Source: Clostridia bacterium
GTDB taxonomy: Bacteria; Bacillota; Clostridia; Christensenellales; CAG-138
DNA: 64,000 bases
Direction of reading: 5' to 3'
NCBI GenBank assembly: GCA_030526425.1
Contig: JAUNCT010000005.1
Coordinates: 5,930 to 69,929, forward strand
Shown here: positions 47,270 through 57,438 of the stretch, piece after piece
Numbering within the stretch: position 1 is the first letter of the stretch
Layout of the letters: the number at the start of each line of letters is the position of its first letter
Program-made: the position numbers and the translations under genes
The notes under the pieces: model-generated
Told to the model about the DNA's origin: nothing
The model's input: only the letters and a program-made list of their open reading frames with translations
Databases searched by the model: none

Positions 47270-47280
47270 AGGAGAAAACC

Positions 47281-47688
47281 ATGGAAAAGAAAACGAAGAT
47301 CGTTCTCACCGTCATCGCGGCGGTGCTGTTGCTCGCACTCATTGCGGGTGGGTTCTACCTCAAGTCGGTCGCGGAGTACAAGGCGAAGGTCGAAGCTATC
47401 ACGTTCACTTCGCCGGACCTCGCGCAGTTGCCGGACGGTACTTACGAGGGCTCGTTCGATGCGGGGATCGTCGCCGCGCGGGTGCACGTATTTATTGAGG
47501 ATCATACGATCGTGCGTATCGACATCCTGGAACACAAAAACGGGAAGGGAAAGCCCGCGGAAGCGGTCATCGCGAATATGGTCGGAGGACAAACGACGGC
47601 GGTCGAGGCCGTTGCGGGCGCGACGAATTCGAGCAAGGTGCTGCGGAAAGCCGTGGAGAACGCGCTGGAAGCGGGACCGGTCCGTTGA
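47281..47688 (+). CDS. Membrane-anchored FMN-binding (FMN_bind) protein
   Basis: N-terminal TM; DGTYEG...VEAVAGATNSS; RBS AAGGAG. Confidence 0.85.
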   Translation: MEKKTKIVLTVIAAVLLLALIAGGFYLKSVAEYKAKVEAITFTSPDLAQLPDGTYEGSFDAGIVAARVHVFIEDHTIVRIDILEHKNGKGKPAEAVIANMVGGQTTAVEAVAGATNSSKVLRKAVENALEAGPVR

Positions 47689-47911
47689 CTTGAACCGGCA
47701 AGGGGACCGCGGCGGTTATGTCGCGGTCCTTTTTCGGCAACAGGAGGATAGCGAGCGCCTTTTGGAAATAATTCGCGGTCCGCTTCCGGACGGTCTTTGA
47801 TGGTCAAACGATTTTATGTATAATAACAAACAGTTACAAGAAATATCAAATCGACGGGGAACTGCATGCAAAATGCCATGAGTCCCGTTTCGGAAAAAGG
47901 AAACCGACCGG

Positions 47912-50215
47912 ATGGAAGCGAAGAAACGACCGATGAAATTTCAGATCCCCGGGCAAAAGCCACGGGCTCCCGGAAACCGGGAACCTGCGTTCAAGCCCGG
48001 TCGGATCATCCCACCGCTGCTCGTCGTATTGTGCGTGCTGGCGTTGATTTTGGATTACGCGTCCCGCCAGCGCGAGACGATCGTCGAATATGCAGAGTAC
48101 AATGCCGCACAGTTGACCGAAATGGTCGCGACGGAGATCGCGGCGACCGTCGGCTATGCGGAAAGCAGCATCCGCGGTATCGCCGTTTCGATCGGTGCGG
48201 GAATGACCGGACCCGAGCTGAAGGACCCGCGCACGGTCATTTCACCGCTGACGGAGAACACCCCGTTCGGCGCGATCGAGTACATCCGCGCGGACGGCAT
48301 GAACATCATGAACCCCGGAGAGCCCTTCGACGCGAGCGACCGGACCTATTACACCGAGGGGATCCGCGGGAATACGGGCATCTGGAACAATCACCATCCG
48401 AAGGTCTCCAAGGAAACGCTCGTGAATTTTTACACGCCGCTGTATTACGGCGGTGAGATCGCGGGCGTTCTCACGGGATATCTCGAATCGCGCAGGCAGA
48501 TCTCGCCGTTGCTGCGGATGGAGTTTTTCGGCGCGGAGACGATCGGTTTTCTGTACGAGAAGAACGGGATGCTCATCTGCTCCTCGCGGGAAGACGTGCC
48601 CTTCGTGCCCGACCTGACTGTGGACAAGATGATCGAGGGCTACGGCTTCAACGAAGCGCAGGAAAAGGCGTTCCGCGAGATCCTAAACGGGGAAACGAAC
48701 GGCAGCGTTTCGTATCGGGGCGCGCACGGAGAAGGCCGCATTTCGGTTTCCGCCGTCCCCGGAACGGACTGGTACGCGGCGCTCGTCATTCCGGCAAGCT
48801 CTTTCGAAACGGTCGTCGGCGCAAGCACGCGGAACGCGGCGGTGCTCATCGTCACGAGCTGCGCGGTGCTGGGGGTGTACGTTGCCTATTTGATGTACCG
48901 TTCCGCAGTGGAACGCAGACGCATGGCGAGGGAGAACGAAAAGCTCGAGGAGGAGAACCGCCGCTTCGATGAGGAGAACCGCCGCGCGTTCGAAGAACTG
49001 CGGCGGGCGAATGCGGACCTGGAGGAAAACCGGGTCCAGTTGGAAAAAGCGCGCGACGAGGCGAATGTCGCCAACCGCGCAAAGAGCACCTTCCTGTTCA
49101 GCATGAGTCACGATATCCGCACGCCCATGAACGCCATCCTCGGCTATACGGGGCTGATGGAAAAGGAACTCGGCGACCCGGAGAAGCTGGCGGATCATCT
49201 CGCGAAGATCCGGACGAGCGCCGATTACCTGCTCGCACTCATCAACAACGTGCTCGAGGTTTCGCGGATCGACAGCGGAAAGATCGCCGTGGAGGAAAAG
49301 CCCGTCGATCTGATGGACCCGGAGTGCTCGGTCGTGCCGCTGCTTGAAAACGAGATCGCGCGGCGGAATCAGAAATTCGAAGGCACGATGGACATCACAC
49401 ACCGCTATGTGTACGCCGATATGCAGAAGATCCGCGAGGTCATGATGAACCTCATGTCGAACGCCATCAAGTATACGCCGGCGGGCGGTTCGATCCGCAT
49501 GGATTTCCGCGAGATCGAATGCGAGCGGGAGGGATACGCCCGTTACGTGAACAGCATCATCGACACGGGTATCGGCATGAGCCCCGAATTCGTCGGCCGT
49601 ATCTTCGACGATTTTGCGCGCGAACACGACACCACCGAAAGCAAGGTGGTGGGAACGGGTCTGGGGATGGCGATCGTCAAACGGCTCTGCGATATCATGG
49701 ACGCACGTATCGAGATCGACTCCGAACGGGGCAAGGGTACGACGATCCGTGTGATCATGGAACACCGCATCGCGGAGGAGGCGGATGTCGCCGCGAACCG
49801 CAAGGTGCCCGCGACGGAGCAAGCAGCGGATATCGCCGGGGTGCGGATCCTGCTTGCGGAAGACAACGAGCTCAATACCGAGATCGCCTGCGCGATCCTT
49901 TCGGATGCGGGCGCCGAGGTCGAACACGCCGCGGACGGTGCCATCTGTGTGGAGATGCTGCGGGAACGCCCGGCGGGATACTACGATGCGATCCTCATGG
50001 ATATCCAGATGCCCGTGATGAACGGGTATGCCGCCACGGAGGAGATCCGCAGGATGGAAGACCCGGAAAAGGCGTCCATACCGATCATCGCGATGACGGC
50101 GAACGCCTTCGATGAGGACCGCAAAAACGCGGAAAAAGCCGGAATGAACGCTTATGTCGCCAAACCAATCCGCGTGCCCGAATTGAAGGAGGTCCTCTCG
50201 CGGTTCACAAAGTGA
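47912..50215 (+). CDS. Hybrid sensor histidine kinase / response regulator
   Basis: Two TMs flanking an extracellular sensor; MSHDIRTPMN, NAIKYT, DTGIGM, GTGLGM; receiver LAEDN...MDIQMP. Confidence 0.93.
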   Translation: MEAKKRPMKFQIPGQKPRAPGNREPAFKPGRIIPPLLVVLCVLALILDYASRQRETIVEYAEYNAAQLTEMVATEIAATVGYAESSIRGIAVSIGAGMTGPELKDPRTVISPLTENTPFGAIEYIRADGMNIMNPGEPFDASDRTYYTEGIRGNTGIWNNHHPKVSKETLVNFYTPLYYGGEIAGVLTGYLESRRQISPLLRMEFFGAETIGFLYEKNGMLICSSREDVPFVPDLTVDKMIEGYGFNEAQEKAFREILNGETNGSVSYRGAHGEGRISVSAVPGTDWYAALVIPASSFETVVGASTRNAAVLIVTSCAVLGVYVAYLMYRSAVERRRMARENEKLEEENRRFDEENRRAFEELRRANADLEENRVQLEKARDEANVANRAKSTFLFSMSHDIRTPMNAILGYTGLMEKELGDPEKLADHLAKIRTSADYLLALINNVLEVSRIDSGKIAVEEKPVDLMDPECSVVPLLENEIARRNQKFEGTMDITHRYVYADMQKIREVMMNLMSNAIKYTPAGGSIRMDFREIECEREGYARYVNSIIDTGIGMSPEFVGRIFDDFAREHDTTESKVVGTGLGMAIVKRLCDIMDARIEIDSERGKGTTIRVIMEHRIAEEADVAANRKVPATEQAADIAGVRILLAEDNELNTEIACAILSDAGAEVEHAADGAICVEMLRERPAGYYDAILMDIQMPVMNGYAATEEIRRMEDPEKASIPIIAMTANAFDEDRKNAEKAGMNAYVAKPIRVPELKEVLSRFTK

Positions 50216-50286
50216 ACTTGTTTCCGGGACATGCAAAAACCCCGCCGCAGTTGCGGCGGGGTTTTCTTGCGCTTTTTTGTCCGGGG

Positions 50287-51585
50287 TCACCAGCGGAAGA
50301 TCCGTTTCCAGCATTTGAGATCCACGGGTTCGAAGCGGCGTTTGATCTGCTTGACGAGTTCGTTGCGGTCGGCATTTTTGACCACGACATCGAACTTCTC
50401 GTTGCAGCCGAAGGTGATGGTCTTGCTTGTGCCCATGATCTTTTCGAGTTCCTTGAGCATCGCTTCGCGCGAGCATGCACCGTCGTAGATCTTGATCGCC
50501 GACCATCCCTCAACGGGGGATTCGCTCTTCACGACGGAGTATTCGCCGATCCACGGTTGTTTCATGAGCTCCTCGTAACAAGCGTCGATGCGCTCCACGG
50601 TGTCGATGGCGAGCAGGTACATGACGTTTTCGGTGAAATGCGCGGAGCTCTTGACATAGTTGCGGTAGGGGGAGCTGCGCTTCTTTTCGAACAGGCGGCG
50701 CATGCCTTCGTTCGCAAGCTCGGCGTAACGGATGACCAGCAGGTTCTGCTCGATGTTGTTGCTGAAGTAAGGGACACCGCATTCGGTGAGCTTGCGCATC
50801 ATGCGGTCCGCCTTTTCCTCGCTCATCCGGACGGTGCGGATGTATTCGAGCTTGCCCATGTCGTAAAGGGCGGCGCCGTCCATCGTGATGATGGGGTAGC
50901 GGAGTTTGACGCCGGGAAGCAGCTCACGTACCGTTGCCTGCGTTTCGACGGTGCTGATGGTGACTTTGGCGCCGTCGTCCATCAGGCGGTTCAGTTCCAC
51001 AAGGGAGTAGGGGGAAAGCCGGCTGTCGTTGCCGAGCAGGCTGTGACCGAGTGCGGAAACGAACAGCGTGTCGGTGTTTTGACGGCGCGGCAGATGCACG
51101 CGGTTGACGACCGCTGCGACCGCGACGCCGATCACGGTGTCGAGCATGCGGTTGAATACAAACAGGAACAGGTCGGGATAGGTGTCGCCGAAATGTCCGA
51201 CCGTGACGCTGATGTAAACGACTGCGGAGAAGTAGGTCATATCCGACAGCTTCATCAAAACGGTCGAGTGCAGCATCGGGATGAGGAGCAGCGAAACGGC
51301 GAAGTAGTGCAGGCTGTCGTTCATACCGCGGCCGAACATGGCAAGCTCTCCCATACGGAGAGACAGACCCCACAGCGCGCCGATGGCGGTACCGAGGATG
51401 CGCTTACGGGCAACACCCTTCATGTCCTTGGTGTAGGGCTGGATGGACTGCATCGCGGCGAGCGCCGAGAACAAGGGGATGCCCTGTTTGCCGCGGAGCA
51501 CGTAGATGGCGAGGCACAGCCCGACCGCAATGGCGGTGCGGACGATGCGCTGCCCCGGGACGGGGATTCGGAATTTATCTTTCAT
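50287..51585 (-). CDS. FUSC/ArAE-type membrane domain fused to a Cof-like HAD domain (degenerate motif I)
   Basis: GQRIVRTAIAV...RILGTAIGA...RMLDTVIG; then LFVSALGHSLL, ITMDGAALYD. Confidence 0.78.
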   Translation of the reverse strand: MKDKFRIPVPGQRIVRTAIAVGLCLAIYVLRGKQGIPLFSALAAMQSIQPYTKDMKGVARKRILGTAIGALWGLSLRMGELAMFGRGMNDSLHYFAVSLLLIPMLHSTVLMKLSDMTYFSAVVYISVTVGHFGDTYPDLFLFVFNRMLDTVIGVAVAAVVNRVHLPRRQNTDTLFVSALGHSLLGNDSRLSPYSLVELNRLMDDGAKVTISTVETQATVRELLPGVKLRYPIITMDGAALYDMGKLEYIRTVRMSEEKADRMMRKLTECGVPYFSNNIEQNLLVIRYAELANEGMRRLFEKKRSSPYRNYVKSSAHFTENVMYLLAIDTVERIDACYEELMKQPWIGEYSVVKSESPVEGWSAIKIYDGACSREAMLKELEKIMGTSKTITFGCNEKFDVVVKNADRNELVKQIKRRFEPVDLKCWKRIFRW

Positions 51586-51771
51586 AAGCATTTCTCCATG
51601 CGTGATATTCGGATCGTTTGCCGTGGTTTTCGGCAAGACATCATATTATATCGCAAAACGGACCGTGTGGACATTGAATTTTTACCGGGTTCAAATAAGA
51701 GAAATTTTATCAAAAGGGCATTGCATTTTCGGAAACGCGGTGGTATGCTAATCGCGACAACTGAATTTGAT

Positions 51772-51882
51772 TGGTCTTCGGGGCAGGGTGAAATTCCCGA
51801 CCGGCGGTTATAGTCCGCGAGCCGACTGGCATGAACCGGTGTGATTCCGGTACCGACCGTTACAGTCCGGATGGAAGAAGAT
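51772..51882 (+). ncRNA. FMN riboswitch (RFN element)
   Basis: GGGCAGGGTGAAATTCCCGACCGGCGGT...AGTCCGCGAG...CCGACCGTTACAGTCCGGATGGAAGAAG; downstream terminator about 51937-51974. Confidence 0.95.
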
Positions 51883-51987
51883 GTGTTGTGTATCCCGCCT
51901 GCAACCGGCGGAACCGCAGCTCCTTGATACATGCAACACCTGGAAGACGATCTTTCAGGTGATTCTTGTTTTTTAGGAGTAACAACA

Positions 51988-52725
51988 ATGGAAAGAACCC
52001 AAACGAACGAACGTACCCGTAAAATGGTCGTGACCGGTATGCTGGCGGCTGTCGCATTTTGCGCTGTGCTGCTCGGCCGCGTCATCCCCAACTTCAACGG
52101 CTTTCTGAGCTACGACCCGAAAGACGCGGTCGTTGCGATCGGCGGCTTCATCTACGGGCCGGGCGTCGCGCTCATCATCACGGTGCTCGTTTCCCTCATT
52201 GAGCTGTTCACCATCTCCACCACGGGTATCTACGGCTTCATCATGAACGTCGTTTCCACGGCGTCCTTTGCACTGCCCGCCGTGATCGTTTACAAGAAGA
52301 TGCACAGCATGAAGGGTGCTTATGTCGGCGCCGCAGCGGGCATCGTTTCCATGACCGCGATGATGATGCTGTGGAACCTGATCATCACCCCCATCTACAT
52401 GGGCATGCCGCGCAGCGTCGTTGCGGGCATGATGTTCACCGTGTTCATGCCCTTCAACCTCGTGAAGAGCGGTATCAACGCGGGTCTCACCCTGTTGCTG
52501 TACAAGCCCCTTGTCACCGCGCTCCGCAGCGCGAAGCTTATCCCCGAGGCAAAAGCGGGCAGCCAGAAGTTCAAATGGGGTTACATGCTCGTTTCCGCGG
52601 CGATCCTTTCCGCGTTCATCGCGGGCTTCGTGATGCTCGTGAAGCCCAAGGCGAAGGAAGAGCCGAAGGAAGAACCCGCCGCAGTGACGGAGACCGTTGC
52701 GACCGAAGCGCCCGCCGCGAACTGA
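51988..52725 (+). CDS. ribU: ECF transporter S component, riboflavin (RibU-like)
   Basis: FLSYDPKD...PFNLVK membrane protein directly under the FMN riboswitch. Confidence 0.85.
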   Translation: MERTQTNERTRKMVVTGMLAAVAFCAVLLGRVIPNFNGFLSYDPKDAVVAIGGFIYGPGVALIITVLVSLIELFTISTTGIYGFIMNVVSTASFALPAVIVYKKMHSMKGAYVGAAAGIVSMTAMMMLWNLIITPIYMGMPRSVVAGMMFTVFMPFNLVKSGINAGLTLLLYKPLVTALRSAKLIPEAKAGSQKFKWGYMLVSAAILSAFIAGFVMLVKPKAKEEPKEEPAAVTETVATEAPAAN

Positions 52726-52774
52726 AGCACCGCACGGTGCTTGCGGTGTGACCGACAAAGAAAAGCAGGTGCCG

Positions 52775-53224
52775 ATGAAAGAACCTTTACCGTATTGTGA
52801 TTTTCCCCTGCCGTGCACCTTCCGGGGCACGGTCGAAACGGGCAAACAGCTGGGACGGAAGCTCGGCTTCCCGACTGCGAACCTCATCCTCCCGGGGGAC
52901 GCGGTCACACCGCCCTACGGCGTGTATGTGTGCACGCTGACCGTGAACGGGGAAGACTTCCCCGCAGTGACGAACGTGGGCAGGCATCCGACGACGCCCG
53001 ACGGACCCGCGACCGTGGAGTCGCATATCCTCACACCGGGAAACCACGACTTGTACGGGAAGCAGGTCACCGCGACGCTGTACGCTTTTCTCCGCCCGGA
53101 ACAACGCTTTTCGGGGATCGAAGAGCTGATCGCCGCCATCGACAAGAACAAACGCCAGGCGCTGGAATGGTTCGCGGAGAACCCCGGCGCGCTGAAACAC
53201 CGCTCGCGGGAAACCGGCCTGTGA
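52775..53224 (+). CDS. Stand-alone riboflavin kinase domain
   Basis: GRKLGFPTAN, GVY, NVG.HPT, ESH, LYG, FLRPEQRF; no FAD-synthetase domain. Confidence 0.88.
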   Translation: MKEPLPYCDFPLPCTFRGTVETGKQLGRKLGFPTANLILPGDAVTPPYGVYVCTLTVNGEDFPAVTNVGRHPTTPDGPATVESHILTPGNHDLYGKQVTATLYAFLRPEQRFSGIEELIAAIDKNKRQALEWFAENPGALKHRSRETGL

Positions 53225-53375
53225 ACGGAGAAACGGAAGGACCGTACGGAAGACCGTATGGTCCTTTTCCTGTTGCCGGGGATTTCCGGAATTCCGGGAT
53301 TTCTTGTATCATATGATATTTTCGCGGGACCGCGGAACGGAAACCAGATCGTCCTCCGGACGGAAAGGAGCGTGG

Positions 53376-54737
53376 ATGCATACCAATGATATGACGCGAG
53401 GAGAGCCGCTGCGGCTGATCCTCGCGTTTGCGGTGCCGTTGCTGATCGGCAATGTTTTTCAGCAGTTTTACAACGTCGTCGACACGATGATCGCGGGGTA
53501 TAACCTCGGCGATGCGGCGATCGCGGCGATCGGCGCGACGAGTTCGCTGTCGGGGCTGATGATCAACTTCGTGACGGGACTGAACAACGGCTACGGGATC
53601 GTGATCGCGCGGGCATTCGGCTCCGGGGACCGTGAGGAACTGAAAAGCGCGATCGCGACGACCGTGGTCCTCGATGCGGCGGCTTCGCTTCTGCTGACCG
53701 CCGTTTCGGTGGCGGGGCTCCGCCCGCTGCTGCGGCTCATGAACGTGCCGGAAAACATTCTGGCGGACGCGACCGCGTATATCCTCATCATCCTCGCGGG
53801 AATGACGGCGACCGTTCTGTACAACATGGTTTCGGGGATCCTGCGGGCGGTCGGCAACAGCAAGACGCCCCTGTGGTTTTTGATCTTTGCGAGCCTGCTG
53901 AACGGAGTCCTCGACGTGCTGTTCGTAGTCGTGTTCCGGTGGGGCGTGTGCGGTGCCGCGTCCGCGACGGTGATCGCACAGGCGGTGAGCGCCCTGCTTT
54001 CGGGCGTATATCTCGTGAAACGATACGGGGATATCCTTCCCGAAAAACGGCATTTCCGTTTGGAACCCCGCCGCGTGCGGCAGATGAATTCCACGGGGCT
54101 TGCCATGGCGGTGATGCTTTGCGTGGTCGACATCGGCTCGGTCTTTTACCAACGTGCGGTCAACGAGCTCGGCGCAACGCTCATCGTGGCGCATGTTTCG
54201 GCACGCCGCATCATCGTCATGTTCATGATGCCGCTCGGTTCGCTCGCAACGGCGGGATCGACCTTCATCAGCCAGAACTGGGGCGCACGGAAGACGGAAC
54301 GGATCCGCAAGGCGCTGAAGACCGTGCTTGCGGCGGAGACGGTCTACGCGGTCGCGGCGTGTGCGTTCGGTTGGGCGTTCGGCGGCATGCTGGTGCGCAT
54401 TCTGACCGCGACCTCGGACCCGGAGGTCATTGCGAAGGCGGTGCTGAGCATCCGCCTGCATTTTTCCTGTTATCCGGCGCTCGGCGCGCTTTTGGCGCTG
54501 CGCACGGCGCTGCAGGCGATCGACAGAAAGCTCGTTCCGGTCGTTTCCTCGGGATTCGAGCTCGGGATCAAGCTGCTGTGCGGTCTGTGGCTCATCCCGT
54601 CGTTCGGGTATATCGTTGTTTGTCTTGCGGAACCGGTCATTTGGGTCGTTTGCATGGTGTTCCTGTTCGCCGTGATGGTGACGGGACGGCCGCTCAGGAA
54701 AGCGGAAACGGAATTGCGGGCGGACTTTTCGGAATGA
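53376..54737 (+). CDS. MATE family efflux transporter
   Basis: FAVPLLIGNVFQQFYNVVDT, LRAVGNSKTPL, SQNWGA. Confidence 0.92.
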   Translation: MHTNDMTRGEPLRLILAFAVPLLIGNVFQQFYNVVDTMIAGYNLGDAAIAAIGATSSLSGLMINFVTGLNNGYGIVIARAFGSGDREELKSAIATTVVLDAAASLLLTAVSVAGLRPLLRLMNVPENILADATAYILIILAGMTATVLYNMVSGILRAVGNSKTPLWFLIFASLLNGVLDVLFVVVFRWGVCGAASATVIAQAVSALLSGVYLVKRYGDILPEKRHFRLEPRRVRQMNSTGLAMAVMLCVVDIGSVFYQRAVNELGATLIVAHVSARRIIVMFMMPLGSLATAGSTFISQNWGARKTERIRKALKTVLAAETVYAVAACAFGWAFGGMLVRILTATSDPEVIAKAVLSIRLHFSCYPALGALLALRTALQAIDRKLVPVVSSGFELGIKLLCGLWLIPSFGYIVVCLAEPVIWVVCMVFLFAVMVTGRPLRKAETELRADFSE

Positions 54738-54777
54738 AGCGCAACAAAAAAGGCAGGTGCGGAACCTGCCTTTTTGT

Positions 54778-55809
54778 TTATCCGAGGATATCGCGGTAGA
54801 CGCGGAGCGCGTTTTTGTAAAAGATCTTTTCGATCTTTTCTTCGGAGAAACCCTCGCGGGAAAGCGCTGCGGCGATCTGCTGCATACCGTCGCAACCATC
54901 CGTTTCGACGCGGTTGTCGATGCCGTCGAAATCCGAACCGAGTCCGATGGCGTCGATGCCGGCAACGTTTTCGATATAACGGATATGCCGTACGATGTCG
55001 TCGATGCGGGTGAGCCCGTCGTTCCGGTCGTTGATGAAGTCCGAACAGAAGTTGATGCCCGTCACGCCGCCGCAATCGGCAAGCCGACGGAGCATCTCAT
55101 CTGTGAGGTTCCGCGGGTGTCCGGTCAGCGCCCGGGCGTTCGAGTGGCTGGCGACGAACGGCGTTTTGCCCATGACGGAGAACACATCGCGGATGCCCGC
55201 ATCGTTCAGGTGACTGATATCGACGATGATGCCGAGTTCCTTGCAAAGGGCGACGAAGTCTTTTCCTACGGGCGTCAGTCCGTTTTCGGTATCCGGAACG
55301 ACGCCTTTCCCGGGGACTTTGCGGTTGGGAAAACCCAGCTCGTTTTCGTAGTTCCAGGTGATGGTCGTCATGCGTACGCCGCGGTCGTAAAATTCCCGGA
55401 CAAGGGCGGGATCGCCGCGGTAGACCGCGCCTTCTTCGATGGTTTTCAGGGCGGAAAGCTTGCCGCTGCGGAAGTTCTCTTCGATCTCCGTTGCGGTCGT
55501 GACGGGACGGACAAGGTCCGGGTTCGCGGCGACTTCGGCGTCGAGCGTATCCGAGAGAGCAAGGGCGTAGTCCGTCGGCGTCGGATACCGCTCCGCAACA
55601 GCTTCCAGCCGGTGGTCGCTGCCGGGGACCCAGTGCCCGAGATAGGTGAACAACGCGAAATTCTGGCACAGATAACCGGCGCTGCGCATCCGTCCGAGGT
55701 CGGCGTCCAGTTCGTTTTGCCGCAAGGCGGCGGTTTTCCCGGTGAGGCGGGCGTTCAGTATCTGCGAAACGGTGTCGCAGTGCATATCCAGAATGGGGAT
55801 CATCGGCAC
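54778..55809 (-). CDS. Membrane dipeptidase (M19) family
   Basis: DMHCDT, TWNYEN, DISH, ASHSN, RNLTD, GSDFDG. Confidence 0.92.
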   Translation of the reverse strand: MPMIPILDMHCDTVSQILNARLTGKTAALRQNELDADLGRMRSAGYLCQNFALFTYLGHWVPGSDHRLEAVAERYPTPTDYALALSDTLDAEVAANPDLVRPVTTATEIEENFRSGKLSALKTIEEGAVYRGDPALVREFYDRGVRMTTITWNYENELGFPNRKVPGKGVVPDTENGLTPVGKDFVALCKELGIIVDISHLNDAGIRDVFSVMGKTPFVASHSNARALTGHPRNLTDEMLRRLADCGGVTGINFCSDFINDRNDGLTRIDDIVRHIRYIENVAGIDAIGLGSDFDGIDNRVETDGCDGMQQIAAALSREGFSEEKIEKIFYKNALRVYRDILG

Positions 55810-55841
55810 TCCTCAATGCGGCGATGCCGCGGATGGTGGAT

Positions 55842-56549
55842 TTACAGGTTTTCTTTCAGATATTGCGTCAATTCCGCAAAACCGCCGTGCGGCCAACGGG
55901 AAATATCCTCGTTCTTCTTGTTGATGAGGCAGGGCGTCAGAAGAAACACCCGCATGCCGAGCGTTTCGGCGACCATATCATCGCCGGTGTCGTTGCCCAC
56001 CATCAGGCAATCCTCCGCGGAAAGCCCCGCTTCATCGAGCAGCATGCGGTAGTATTCGGGGTTCGGCTTCGAGTAATTGCAGTTCTCATAGGTTGTCCAA
56101 CGCTCGAACCGGTCGGGGTCGAGACCCGCCCAGCGGATGCGCTGCTCGGTCGCGACCGCGGGGAAGATCGGGTTGGTTGCCAGGATCACACGGCGCCCCG
56201 CTTCCCGGATGAAGTCGACGACCTCCGCCGCTTCGGGCGCAAAACCGCAGAATTGCTTTGCGCGGGGGAACTCATCGCGGTAGAAGGATTCGAACAGGGG
56301 CTTGTCGGCAAGCGATTCCGGTCCCATGAGCTTGGCGAAATCTTCCCAGAAGGCTTCTTCGTTCGTACGGCTGCCGTCGTTCCGGATCATGGCTTCGGTG
56401 CCGTGCCAAACCGCTTGGATCAGCTTGTCCGGCGCATAACCGTGCGGTGCGAGCATGGTGGCGAGATATTTGAAATACCCTTTGACGAACACATCCTGAT
56501 CCATCGGCAGGAGCGTTCCGTCCAGATCGAAAAACACAGCTTTCAGCAT
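55842..56549 (-). CDS. HAD family hydrolase
   Basis: FDLDGTLLPMD, ATNP, KPNPEYY, MVGND. Confidence 0.9.
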   Translation of the reverse strand: MLKAVFFDLDGTLLPMDQDVFVKGYFKYLATMLAPHGYAPDKLIQAVWHGTEAMIRNDGSRTNEEAFWEDFAKLMGPESLADKPLFESFYRDEFPRAKQFCGFAPEAAEVVDFIREAGRRVILATNPIFPAVATEQRIRWAGLDPDRFERWTTYENCNYSKPNPEYYRMLLDEAGLSAEDCLMVGNDTGDDMVAETLGMRVFLLTPCLINKKNEDISRWPHGGFAELTQYLKENL

Positions 56550-56750
56550 ACACTTCTCCTTTATGTACAAATAACAATACATTTTAACATAAATCCGGAA
56601 AAGCACAAGAAAACACAAACAAAACCGCCGCCTCCGCAAAGCGGAAACGGCGGTCCCCCTTTTCCCCCGAAAAGGAAACATTGTTTCTGTTTTCAACGGG
56701 CGCTCCGGCAATGCGGAAGCAACGCCGACGTGAAAACCCGTACGGCGGAG

Positions 56751-57275
56751 TCAGGCATCCGAAGCGGATGGCGCCGGCAAGGTTTTCAGCAACACACGCC
56801 GCAGCTCGTTATACGGGACTCCTTCGACCGTCCAGGTGATGAGGGCTTCCGCGATGAATTCCGCAGTGAAACCGTCTTCCGCAAACGGACGCAGGTGCGA
56901 CGCGATCTGGTTGCGCAGTATCGTGTGGTAAGCGTGTGTGATCGTGATGCCGGTCTTCCCGGCGGAAGCAAACAGATCGGTATGCCGCTGATTGAAGTCG
57001 GACAGTTCAGTATAGCAGGCGCGGAGCACGGTGTCCGCATCCGCACCGGTATCGGCAAGCGCGGAGATGCGCGCCACACTTTCCCGCCAGTCGTTTGCGA
57101 GAAAGGAAGCGACCAGTGCTTCTTTCGAAGAGAAATAATTGTAAACCGTGCCGGTACCGACGCCGCAACCGCGTGCAATCGAACGGATACTGACAGCGCC
57201 GTATCCAAGCTCGGAGATTTGACGACGGGCTTCTTCTTGCAGTTTCGCTTTGAGATCCGGGATCAGCTTCGGCAT
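56751..57275 (-). CDS. TetR/AcrR family regulator
   Basis: GYGAVSIRSIARGCGVGTGTVYNYFSSKEAL; upstream palindrome TATGAACATGTTCATA 57316-57331. Confidence 0.9.
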   Translation of the reverse strand: MPKLIPDLKAKLQEEARRQISELGYGAVSIRSIARGCGVGTGTVYNYFSSKEALVASFLANDWRESVARISALADTGADADTVLRACYTELSDFNQRHTDLFASAGKTGITITHAYHTILRNQIASHLRPFAEDGFTAEFIAEALITWTVEGVPYNELRRVLLKTLPAPSASDA

Positions 57276-57438
57276 CGGACGCTCCTTTCGGAACAAGTGA
57301 ATGGATATGTATCAATATGAACATGTTCATAATAGAATGTTTCCTAAGTTCCGTCAAGGTCTGTTGACCGGAAAAGAAAAGACCGGTGCGGGTCCCCGAA
57401 GACCCGCACCGGTTGGAAAGAAAGGACGGGAAAGTGCG

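Noticed and set aside
48949-48986. Duplicated GAGGAGAACCGCCGC in the histidine kinase gene
   Set aside because: Heptad duplication in a coiled-coil linker (EENRR x2); an ordinary coding repeat.
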